Assembly (NCBI GenBank): GCA_019322855.1
Contig: JAHWIA010000001.1
Location: forward strand, 1 to 27,851
Source of the DNA: Candidatus Woesearchaeota archaeon
Lineage (GTDB): Archaea > Nanobdellota > Nanobdellia > Woesearchaeales > WJKV01
Reading direction: 5' to 3'
Length of the DNA stretch: 27,851 nt
Shown: piece by piece, positions 12,001-24,000 of the stretch
Layout of the letters: each line of letters starts with the position of its first letter
Position numbering within the stretch: position 1 is the first letter of the stretch
Position numbers and translations under genes: made by a program
Notes under the pieces: generated by a model
Told to the model about the DNA's origin: nothing
Database searches by the model: none
Seen by the model: the letters and a program-made list of their open reading frames with translations, nothing else

Positions 12001-15000
12001 AGCTTGAAGAAATCAAGATAAAACAGGCAGACCTCTTGAACAAACTTGAAAGAAGCCAGAAACTTCAAGGTGAATTGGACAAGATCAATGAAGAATTGAG
12101 GAATGTAAATGAAGAGCTTGCAGATCCAGACTTGACTTCACTGGAAAGGATGGAACTAGAGACTAGAAAGGCATTCTTGGAAGGAGACAAAGCCAGGATT
12201 GATGCAGAACTTAATCCTCTTATTGAGGAGATTGGAAGAAATCCTCCAATGACAAATGAACAGTTCGAACATACTGTAAGAAATAAGGCAACAGAGATTA
12301 TCAGGGAAGAATCCAGAGTTGTAAAAGAGAAAATTGATTATATAGAACAATTGAATAAACAGGGTGGAATAAGTAAAGCGCTATATGCAGAACAGATGCA
12401 GTTATTAGAGATAAGAGAGACTGTGCTTGACAGAACCACAAAGGTTGCAGAAGGTAAAACTAGATCCAATGACATCTTCAAGCCTGGACAGATGGAAGGC
12501 TTGACAGCTGCTGAGAAGGATGCATTGATTGTGAGCGAATCTACAGGCGAGATGTCTGTGAGAGATTTACTCAAGAACCTGAAGAAAGATGCTGGAATAG
12601 ATGGTAATAAGGCTCCTGATGTCAAAGTTGATGTAAAGAAAAATAGATTAAAAGATTATGACAGTGCAGAAGAGTTCTATAAAAGCAAAGGCATCACGAG
12701 AGAACAAGTAGAACAGTTCAATAAATATCTTGACAGTGTTGAAGACATGCTTGGATTCAAGATCGATGCAACTCAAGTCAGGGCATTGTTGGATGCCCAT
12801 GGCAATATGAATGTTCTGATACAAGCAGTAACTGGAATAGGAAAGACAGCAGTATTGTCTCCTGCAATGGTATTGTATGAATTGCAGATGGGTGCAGGAA
12901 GAATCACTGTGCACCAGCCTAATGAGATTACAAGGGCGAGAGAAGTAGAAGCGATGAGGGAGAAATTAAAAGACATGTATGGAGAAGACGCTGTTGCTGA
13001 TCTTGCAGAAGCTGTCAAATTGATTGAACAAGGCAGGGCTGCAGAAGCAATGGCAATGATCGAGAAGGCAAGAGTTGTGTATGCAGATCCTAGCACTGAA
13101 TTAAGCTTGTTGAAGACTGCACTAGAAAAAGGCGGTGTTGAATCTATGAACAGGGCAGCAAGAGAAATCTATGATTTGGTAGAGAAAGGTTCATCACACT
13201 TATTGGATGAAGCACATCTATTGAACAAGGCGAGCGACTTGCAGATTACTCTTGAAACAGTGAGACAGGGCACTATTGCAGAAGGTATATCAAGAGTAGA
13301 TAATGTTCTGAAATTGGATGCTGCATTGGAAGCATTGGGAGTTGAGATGGGTCTAGAAGGAGGAGTGTTTAAAGTCACAGATTCTAACAGAATATTCTCA
13401 AAAGAGTTCAAGGCAGAATTGCAGAGAATAGAAAGTTTGAGGGAAACAATCAGGTCAAAACAAGAAGCATTGGATAAAACTACTGACCCTGCACAAAGAG
13501 ATGCATTGTGGTCAGAGATAAGGCAATCCTTGCGGCAGCTAGAAACAACTTTGAGTGACAGGGCCAGCAGGACGCAAGCTGAAACCTTCACCAAGGAAGC
13601 GATTGCTGAATTCAAGAAAGCATTTGGTGTTGAAGAATTCACTCCTGAACAGATTGACATGTTAAACAAGCTTAAGGATGTACTGAACTGGAAAGAGGAT
13701 GCTAATTTCAAGATGTTCACTGATGCAACAGGAGAGAGAAGACCGGTTCCTGTCAGCGGCGAGAACAGGGCTGCAGCGCCTCATTTGAGCTTTGGAGATG
13801 CTACTATAGAAACATTATTGCATCATCTGACAAGAAGGCCTGCAAGAGGCGAATCTCTTGATGCTCATAAGAAAACATTGCTAGATCTAAAAGTCAGCAC
13901 TGATACAAATAGAATTTTATATCAGGAAGTTTTGAGTGACATACATCGTTCTGGCCAGAAGAAAATCTTCATGACTGCTACAGAACAGATGGAACGTTCA
14001 TCATTAGAAGCACAGTTCGGTACAACAACTGTGGTTTCTGAAGTTGGCTTTGGAAGATTCGCATCAGAAGGAATCTTCAATAGAGTGGCCAGGATATTTA
14101 CACCAGACAGATTGATCAAGACTGCAGAAACAGAAGGCCTGAAAGGAAGGGAACGTACTGAAAATACTGATCTCGAAGGAAGGATAAAGAATTATGAAAA
14201 AGCATCTGATGTCTCAATTGAAACGTCAGATGTAGAAGTATGGAGTATTGACGGCGAATACAGTGCAAGAGTAAGGCAGGTTATTGAAACTGCACAGAGA
14301 GGAGAATTACCAACTGATGTTCTTGTAGTGAGAGACACAGATTCTGGCGGTTATCTAAGATTTACTGCTAAGGACGGTTTCAGGACAGGCAAAAAGATAT
14401 CATCGAGCGAAGCGCAGAGGTCGTTCATAGATAACAAAGGGAAGAGAGTAAAGATTGTGACTAATGAGATAGAGGCTGTAGATTTCAAGACAGAAAGATC
14501 AATGATTGAGAATTCATTGAGAGGTGTAGATAGGGCTATTGTAGACAGTATAATAAAAGAATTTGTGGCAAGAGGAGAGATAAGTGCAGAGCCTAAGAAG
14601 TTTAAGGTAATAAATACCAAAGATATAGAATCTCTAGAACAGGCACTTGGAAGGATGAGAAGTTCCTTTGATACTTTAGAATTGATTACATTAGGGAAAG
14701 AAGCGCCTACTACATTGGAAGGAATGGTAGAGAGTGCAATAACAAAGGCAATGGCAAAAGGTCTTGCAGAATCAAGGACTAATAACTTGAATTATGATAT
14801 GAAGCAGGTTGACAGGATAGGTATACAGAACATCAGGGAAGCATTATTTACAGAGACTGCTGATGGACAAGCTGTGCTTAAAATCTGGGACAAAGCAAAG
14901 GTTGAACATAGTGAAGGAAGAGGAAAGCTTGCAGAAAGCTTTGAGACTCAATTGCGTGAGAGTAAAGGATCATTAGAGGGAAGATTACAGAGCGAGTCAA

Positions 15001-18000
15001 CATTCTTTAAAGAACGAATTTCAAGAGGCAAGGAAGCAAGAAGTGAATTGTATGAGAAAGATGGCAGTGGAAGATTAAAGATAAAGGCAGAAGAACTGTT
15101 CGATCCGTTGACCGGTGAAATGAAGGCTGAATATAGAAGACTTTTCTCTGAAGAGTTCTTGCGATTGAAACCAGAGAGCCAGAGAAGATTCCTAGACATG
15201 TCAGATTATGAACCGGGAAGACTTGATCTGACAAGGACAGGAGAGTCAAAGACTTTCCTTGAGTCTATGAATTATAGAGATATACATAATGCAATAGAAG
15301 TGAGAAGGACATCAGAGAGCTATAATGAATTCACAGCAGGCGCGAAACCTGATGTTGTTGTGAGGGCAGAAGCTAAAGCTCGTGAGACCGTGACTCAGAC
15401 AAAGGATGGCAAGATAATGTTCAGGGAAACAGAGGTCACGCCGGAATTATTGAAATCGAATCCTGCTTTGAGAGAAGAAATATTGGCCAAGTTTGGAGAC
15501 AATCTGGCATCATTAGGTGCGTTGATGAACCAGCGTAAGGAAGATGAAGAAATTCTTGGATTACTTCAGGAAGATTATGCTAGCAATTTAGATATAGATA
15601 CTGAGTATGTGAGAACTGCAACTGCCTCTGATAGATTTAATGTAATGAGAGACATGGGTGCAAAATATCAGGAGAATATAGCTATATTGACTGCATTGCA
15701 ACAAGTTCTGCCAGAGAATGAAGTTATAGACATGATCGGCCAGATGAATGAAGTGATTCAACCTCCAGAAGAAGAAGTCTCAATCCCTACAGAAGGTCGG
15801 ATGTTTGACATGGCAGATGTAGGAATTGATACTTCATTAGAGACAATAGTTACACAGGAAGCATTTGATATAGGAGCTTCTGTGAATTCGCTTGTCAATG
15901 AATATAATGAAATCGTTTCCAGTTATGGAACAGAATCCATAAGTGCAGAGCAAGCCCGAAGCGAAGTACTAAGCATGAATGAGAAATTAGATGGTGTTGC
16001 AAGAAGGTTGCAGCAACTGCCAGATGATCATCCTGATAGAAAAGATTTAGCATTAAAGTTCAATGAAATGCGCGCACAATCAAACAGATTGGAAGGCTTC
16101 CTTGATGAAAAGATAAGGGTTGCACCTACTGTCGCGCCTGAAATCGCAATTCCTGAACAGACTGTATTAGATAGGGCAGAACTTACAGCAGTACCACAAT
16201 ATAGAATTGCAGGAGAATGGAAGCGTGCGTATGCTGATGTGGATAATTTCTTGAGAGAGAAAGGAGTTCCTGCTGATGTGGAAATCACAAGAGAGAATCG
16301 TCCAGCTCTTGTTGAACAGTATGCAAAAGACGAGATCACAACATTTATGAGATACCAGAGAGCAGGCAGATTTGTTTCAAACACAGATGCGCAAGTTGCA
16401 TTGGATAAAGCCAGAGAAGAACTGAGACTGGAACGGGAGGCAAGAGTGGCTCCTATTGTTGAGGAAGAAGCTCCTACAATTGAAGCTGTTGACGCAGAAC
16501 TAAGGAGTTTGAATGAAAAGCTAACTGCCCTCAAGACTCGTGCAGAATCAGCAGAAACACTGCCAGAGGAACAGAAGAAAGCAGTTATTGCAGAAGTAAA
16601 AACAGAATTTGGAAGATTGATACAGGATTACAATGTTGCTATCTTCAGTTACAATAAGATGCCGCCTTCAGAAAGGGTAAGACTTTCATTAAACAAAAAT
16701 ATTGTTGATCGAAGCATGGAAGATATTTCAACTTTAACAGAAACAGAGGTCGCGAGAGTCGCACCAGAAATAATGCCAGAGGTTGAGAGGGAAGAAGTCG
16801 TCACAGAGAAGATTGAGCGCAGGATACCTACAATAGAAGAATTAAGGATTCCGACGCAGGAAGCTATTGGACAGCTTGCAGCTGCAGAACTGTTTGTGCC
16901 ATTGGATCCTGCTGACAAGGAGACTGCGAGGAAGTTCGCTACTGTTGATGCGCCGGTGATCATTAACTTGGTAGACATAATGGTAGAGAATGTCAAGAAC
17001 AGGGATTATGCAGATCGGGATTCAGGACTTAGACAGATAGATGAAGTATTAAGGAATTGGTGGGGCATACAGACAAAGATAGTTGCGATACAAGGAGAGG
17101 ATGCGTTCAATGATGTTATTGTGCAGTTCTATCATGCAAAAGGAAAATTGGATGCTGCAAGAGAAGCACTCGCCACAGGTACAGAGTATAGGTACGAGGA
17201 ACTGCCATTGAAGCCTAATGAAGTTGATTCTGGCGAATGGGCGATCATTGATGAAGAAAGATTGATACTGACGACAGAAGAGTTCAAGATAGTGTATAAT
17301 GCATATGCAAAATCCGCAAAAGCTGCAGAGTTCAGGGATACAATCATGGCATTCGCAGTAAAGCAGGAATTGAAAGATCCTGAAGTGATTGCTGAAATAA
17401 CCAAGGGTTTGACTGATCTTGGAAGATCAAAAGAAGATGTAGATGCAGTCATTAACAAACTTAAGGATGTTGGCATAAGAGTGCACAGGGATGATGTGAT
17501 TACACAGACAGATGCTGCTTACTGGGACTTCCACGAGATACTGCACGGTGTATGGGATACTTTGACGCCTGACCAACAGGCAGAGTTCAGGATTGCATTG
17601 GACAATCTGAAGAAAGACATCCAGGCAAACAGGCCTGAAATGTTAGACATACCAATGATACAGTTGATGCTCAATAATGTAGAAGAATTCTTTGTCATGA
17701 TTGCAACGACTGACCGATTCTCATTGACCACTGCTGATTTCAGCAGGCAGGACGAGACAATAGGCAAGATCATCTTCTTGTCAGACAGTCTGAGGAATTT
17801 CATGAACACTCCAACTTATAGGGAATTCACGCGTGACGCAAGAACAATACTGCACACTCAAAAAACAATGAAGGAATTGAGGGAACAGAAAGTTGAAGAA
17901 CAGAGGATCGCAGCATTAGAGGCTGCAAAGGCAAGAGAAGTTAGTGAAAGATCATCAATAATAAAGAATATCAGGAAAGAAGTGCCTACTGGACAGAAAG

Positions 18001-21000
18001 CTCCTGCAGCAGAATTTGATCTTGGAGAAGCTATTGCCAGACAATACAAGATATCAGAAGACATGGATGAGGCAGGAATAATGTCATTGATGAGAGCTGC
18101 ACTGGAATTATACCAGACTCCAGAGCAGGTCGACAGGATGATACAGAGCCTTGACCAATTGCCAGGTGTAGAAGCTGCAGAATTAGAGAACTACAAGTCA
18201 AGACTGCGTCGTTACGCAAGACACATTGCGACAATGAAAGGCCTGCTTCCTGCGATCGAAGGCTATACTGAATTCTATGATGAACATTATGAGGCTAATA
18301 AAGAACTTGTGGAATTAGTGAGAACCTTGAATGCTGCTGAGAAAGATGTTCAGCTGAATATCAATACTATGAATAGCATTTCCAAGATCATTGAATCTAT
18401 CAATTATGAGATAAATGACATCCAGAAAGTAATGAAGGCAAGGGAAAATATAATCAGAAACTTGCAGATTAAGCTGAGCCATGAGCGCACTTATCCTTCG
18501 GATGCGAAAAGAGTAGCGCGGGCAAATGAATATGTTGCACAGATTGAAGAACAGCAGGCATTGCTCGAACAAGAACAGAAATTGCTTGAGCAGAAGAGGG
18601 ATGAGAGAGAAGAAGTACAGAAGAGGTCAAGAGCAATAATAAAGGAAAATATGGATGGTGCGCTTGCAGTTATAGGAGAAGCAGTAAAGACTTATTCACA
18701 GTATTCTTCGACTGTTATAGAGAATCCTGCAATTGACAGAAGATACAAGGATCTTGCAAGGCAGATAAGATACAGGGACTTCTTGATGAGATTAACTGAT
18801 CTACAAAGAAAGTCCATAAGAGCGCTCGCAGGAACTGTCACTCAAGGAGACGCAATAATTTCGCAACCTGATGAGAATTTCAATGTAGTTGACCAGGCAA
18901 TGGTCAATGACTTCATCACTTATCTTGAGAAAGTAGGTTATGAGTTCAGGCCAGAGGACCATCCTGTTCCTACAAACATGATCCTGAATGACAAGTATTT
19001 CCGGGCTATCAGTGATCTGGAAAAGAAACTGCCAGGACTGCCTGCTTACGGCATAAAGGGAAGTGAAGAATCATTAGGACCTAGACTTAACCAGATACTT
19101 GCTCCATTAGTCAGAGAAGGCATAATCAAGGATGAGAGAGACATGACTTTATTGCAGGACCTGATAATGGAGATTGTCAGGAATAAAGAATTCATACCAT
19201 TGATGTCTTATGACGATCCGAGCACTGGAGCATTGCTTAATTACATTTATCTTGACGAGAACAATAATGTGGTTGACAATTACCAGCTTAACGTGGATCT
19301 GACAACCAGTCTTGCAGGCGACAATTGGGAGAAATTGTCTCTATTGATCACACTAAAGATGATCGATGACTGGAAGTTAAATAGAGAGATGGGCAAGTTC
19401 TATGAAGCAAGAACAACATTGATGCAGAGATTAAGGGAACGGTTCTTATCCAGGAACAATTACAGAAGAGCCACTACAGAAGATCTTGAACTGCCTGCTG
19501 TACAGGCAAAGATAAAAGAAGTGCAGTCCCAGGTCAAGAAATTGGTTGGCGTGTTCGAGGAGGCAGAGGCAGAAGGCACTGCGTTCGCAAAGATTATGCT
19601 GGCTGAAAGGATGGGTCTTGGCGGTCTTCCTCAATCAATGAATAATGAAGAATATGTTGCAACTGTTGTGCGGCCATTGGTACGGTCGCTTGCAGAAGGT
19701 CTGGGAGAGGAGATGGATCCAGAAGAGATGACTGACCGCGCTGCAAAGACTATCTTTAAATTGATGCTTGAAAGGGACATCAGGCCTGGCGACATCTTGT
19801 CAGAACTTAACTTGCTCGAGGATGTAAGGCCTGAGAACCTTGCAGAATTGAAAAGGGTTGCAAATTATGCAGAGATATTGCAGGATGCTGATCTGACAGA
19901 AGAAATGCGCGAGAAAGACGGACTGTTCAATCAGTTCTATATAGATTATATCATATTAGCAGATATTGAAACTCAGTTGAGCTTCTATCAGGGTGTCAAT
20001 GATTATGAACAAAAGATACTTGAAGCCAGCAAGATCAGTGACTTTCAGGAGCAGAAAGATACTTTGGATGCATTGCTCGCAGAAATAGAAAACTTCAAGG
20101 AAAAGTATGCAGAAGAATATATAGAATCTGCAGATGTAAGCGACAGATTGGAAAGATCTGTTGAACAGGCATGGTCCATCATTGAAGATAGGAAACTTAT
20201 TGAAGTTAAGACTCCGCAGGATCTTGAGGCTCTGGTTATTAACCTCGATGAATCATTGACAGAACAGCCAGGATGGACAGACGAAGACTTCTACCAGAAC
20301 ACAATTCTGAACAGGAATAAGATGCATAACTTGGATGTTCTAGTGAGGCTTGCTTCTAGATATAGTAGGATTCCTGATCTAGATGTTAAGAACTTGAACA
20401 GGATGTTCGGCGAGATAGCAGATGACATCATGACCCTGAAGCAAGGAGAAGTGATGAGGCTCGATCACATAATGCTCAAGTTGAGAGGTCTTAAGGCTCT
20501 TAATTCAAGACTTGGTCATGACGGTGCGACAGAGGAATTGATCAAGATCTTCAGGGAGATTGCCAAGACAGAAGAATTGACAGATGACGAGCTGGCAGCT
20601 ATGCAGAAACTGTTCGTGGCAATGAAGACCACAAAGGTTGATGTCATCCCTGACGGATTAGAAGGCAGGGCAGTGCCTGATGTCGACGGCGTACTGTTGT
20701 ATGAGGAAGGATTGACAGCAGGCGAGATAAGTACAATAAAGAACATACTGGAGAAGGCAGGAAAAGTCATTGAACTTGAGCCTGGCCAGACACTTGAACA
20801 GATGCTGTCAGGTGTCGGCAAGAAATATTACATTGAAGTTACTGATGAAAGTTTACTGAATTATGACCAGCTCGGCAAGTTGCTCACAAACTTGCATAGA
20901 GATGCTGTTGTCGCTTCACATTATGCAGATGCAAAAGATGCATTATCTTTAGTTGACGCAATAACCAATGATCAGGTTGACCAATACATCAAAGATCTGA

Positions 21001-24000
21001 TTGGCCAAAGTCAATACGTAAAAGCAGCAGAGATTATCGACAGCTTTGCAGTGACAGAAGAGAATAAGATTGTATCTGCAGAAAGACAGTTGCGAGAGAT
21101 CAATGCAAAGATCGCAGAAGTAGAAGCTGCAGAGACTGCAGAATTAAGAAGACAAAAGATACAAGAACTGAGACAGATGGTAAGGAAGGCAAGGAGGGAC
21201 ATCACTGGCCATCCTAAGTTCCTGGCAGCAATAATGGGCGAGGTTCTTCACAAGGTGCTAAAAGGCAGGATCGATAGAGGAGAGATTCCTGCAAATGCAA
21301 AAGTCACAGAAATAGATGTACACAGCATGGGCAATGACAATGTCAATGCTGTCTTTATGAATGTATTGCGATATGCAAGAGGAGAGATTTCTTATGATGA
21401 ACTTAAGCACACTGTAGGTGATGACAGGGACAAGGATCTTGCGATTTATCTCGGTCTTTTGGGACATCCAGAATCAATCGGGAAAGAACAATTGACTGGT
21501 TTGACAGAGACAGACCTGGCAACATTGGCAAGAGTATTGAAGAGCATAACCGGCAAAACTATAGAACCAAATCTTGATGCTGTCTGGTCTGCAATGGATC
21601 CTGTATTAAAGAGCACGCAGAGGATGTACGGTCTTGGCGGTGACGAGGTTGCAGGCTATGAGACCAATCCTAAGAAAGTGCTTCTCCTGCTGAGATTGGT
21701 GCACATGCTGACGGGCAAGGAGACCGGTCTTAAGATCAGAGCAGGTGCAGGCTTTGGCCGTGCTGCAGAAGGCAGGCCTTACAAAGTGCAGGACGATGAA
21801 GCAGAGAAAGCTCAATTAGTGACAAAAGTATTGAAGGATTCTGAGCTTGATCTTGACGAGCTATTCATGTACGAATATGGAGAGCCATTGTCAGATGTTG
21901 CAGCTGCAGAAGTAATGAAGATATTGAATGATAGATTGAAAGAGATGAAGGATGAAAAAGAACGTACAGAAGTCAAGGTCACGAAACTTGCGAATTCCAT
22001 GGATGCTGATTCGCTCGTGATGTGGAGGCTTGCTCTGGATGTAGATAATCATCCTGAAAGAGCAACCTGGCTGAATCAGTTCGCAGCAGAGGCGCGGGCA
22101 TTGAAAGCTACTGTGAAATCAACAGGACCAGAAGTCGCAGAACTTGAACAGGAAAAAGACATGCAGTTTGAGACTGCAGAGGAACCAGAAGTTGCAGTGC
22201 CTGCAGAAGTCATTATCCAAGGAACAGTGGATGTGAAAAATGTCCTTTCATTTGAAGGATTGCAGGGAGATACATATGTTATAGAACATGAAAATGTAAA
22301 GCATCTTGTAAAGAAGAACAAGAATGATTTCTGGTATCCAGAAGCAGTAAGAAACATGCAGAGAACTCCGACAAAGTCAGAGCTGGACGAAGCGACAAGA
22401 TATTCATTGATTGCAGCAATAAGAGAAGCCATCTTCTTCAAGAGAACAGAATCCATTGACGGCATACCTGGTCTTGTTGAAGTTGTTGTGTATGATAAGG
22501 GCGAAAGGATAATTATGACTGAATTAGACGATCTTGAAGAATACTATGATAGATTGCTTGAAGGAACTCCTGGAGATGAGATGTATGAAGCTGTAGATGT
22601 CTATCAAGTAATGGAGCTTGTAGAGGGAAGAGGACTTAAACACGGAGCAGGCATTACAATTGATAATTTCAAGGACCATCTTGCAAGAGGAGGTTCATTT
22701 GATGTAAAAGAACTCAATAGGTTCACGAAGAATATCTTGGAAGAATTGCATAAACTAGGAATTGTGCACACAGATCTTCATGCGAACAACATATTGGTAG
22801 ATAGAGAAGGACGACTGCATTTGATTGATCTTGGACTGGCAAATACAAGGGCAGAACTTGGTGATGAAAGATTCGAGTCTGCTGTCCAAGCTGAAAATAG
22901 AAGAGTGGCGCCTCATTTGAAAAGGATAGAACTACAATATTATAACAGCAAGATGCCAGAGACAAGAATAGGTATAAAGAGAAGCACGATAGACCAAGTA
23001 ACATCAAGATTATTGCCTCCAAGACTGAAACAGATGGGTATTGACAAAGAATTGGTAGATACATTAAAACGATTGAAACAAAACAAAAATCTTGTTCAGC
23101 AGATGGAAGACCTGACTTCTGCAGATGACTTTGATGTGAATGCAGCAGCAAGATTGAAACGTGATCTGGAGAGCACGATAAGAGACATACTTTTAGAGAA
23201 GGCAAAGGCAAGGCCTGAGGTTGAGGCAAGGATCAAGGAAACGCCAGAACTGCTTGATGATAGGATTGCTCTGGAATCAAGCTTCATACTGAACAATATC
23301 TTGATCCATCATCTAAAGGATAAAGTAAGATCTGACATTAGTATGACTGATGATTATCTTGACAAGGTCTTCCAGTTCTATACAGTATATGATAAGGCTT
23401 CCAAAACTTATAGAAGTGTTGACAGAAATCTATTGGATGCTTTGCATGACGATTTCAAATTGAGATTGACGCCTCTTTATGTCAAGAGAGTCAAGAGAGG
23501 ATTTGACAGATATGTAGATGATGAACTAATCCTAAAATTCAACAACGTAGTTCTTGACTACAAAAACCGCAAGAAAGCACAGCCAGAAGAAGCTCCAGTG
23601 TTTGCACAGCCTGTTGTTGAGGAATTGTCCTTGGAAGAGACGATTGTGAGAGATATCGAAGATCCTGCAACTCTATTAGGAGAAGGTGCACAGGCTTATA
23701 CTTATGTTGTTGAGCATGGAGGAAAGAAGCATCTTGTGAAGAAGATAAAGAGAGATCCGGTGCCTCTTATCAAGGAAGCAATAGCGCTTATTGAACTTGC
23801 AGGAGTTGATAATATCCCTGGGTTCATACAGTTTGTCAGGGTTGTTGATGGCAGACCTGAAGTGATAGCCACAAAAGAAGATCTGGAGAATCTTTTGGCA
23901 GAAGTACGTGGAAGAATACTGACTGAACAGGACTTCTTGCTTGTCACAGATCTGGTTGAAGGAGAAGGTAAGCTTGGTGCAGCATTATCGCTTGCAGATT

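Noticed and set aside
3681..12450. SMC/Rad50 or phage tape-measure protein
   Set aside because: No ABC-type Walker A, signature or hinge flanks the coils, no phage genes are visible, and the enzyme array does not fit. The similarity is generic coiled-coil composition.
12690..14850. Calling this a housekeeping secA gene or a DEAH RNA helicase
   Set aside because: It is an internal domain of a giant protein and is highly diverged from SecA. The surrounding motifs match SecA order better than DEAH/RHA helicases, so no gene symbol is given.
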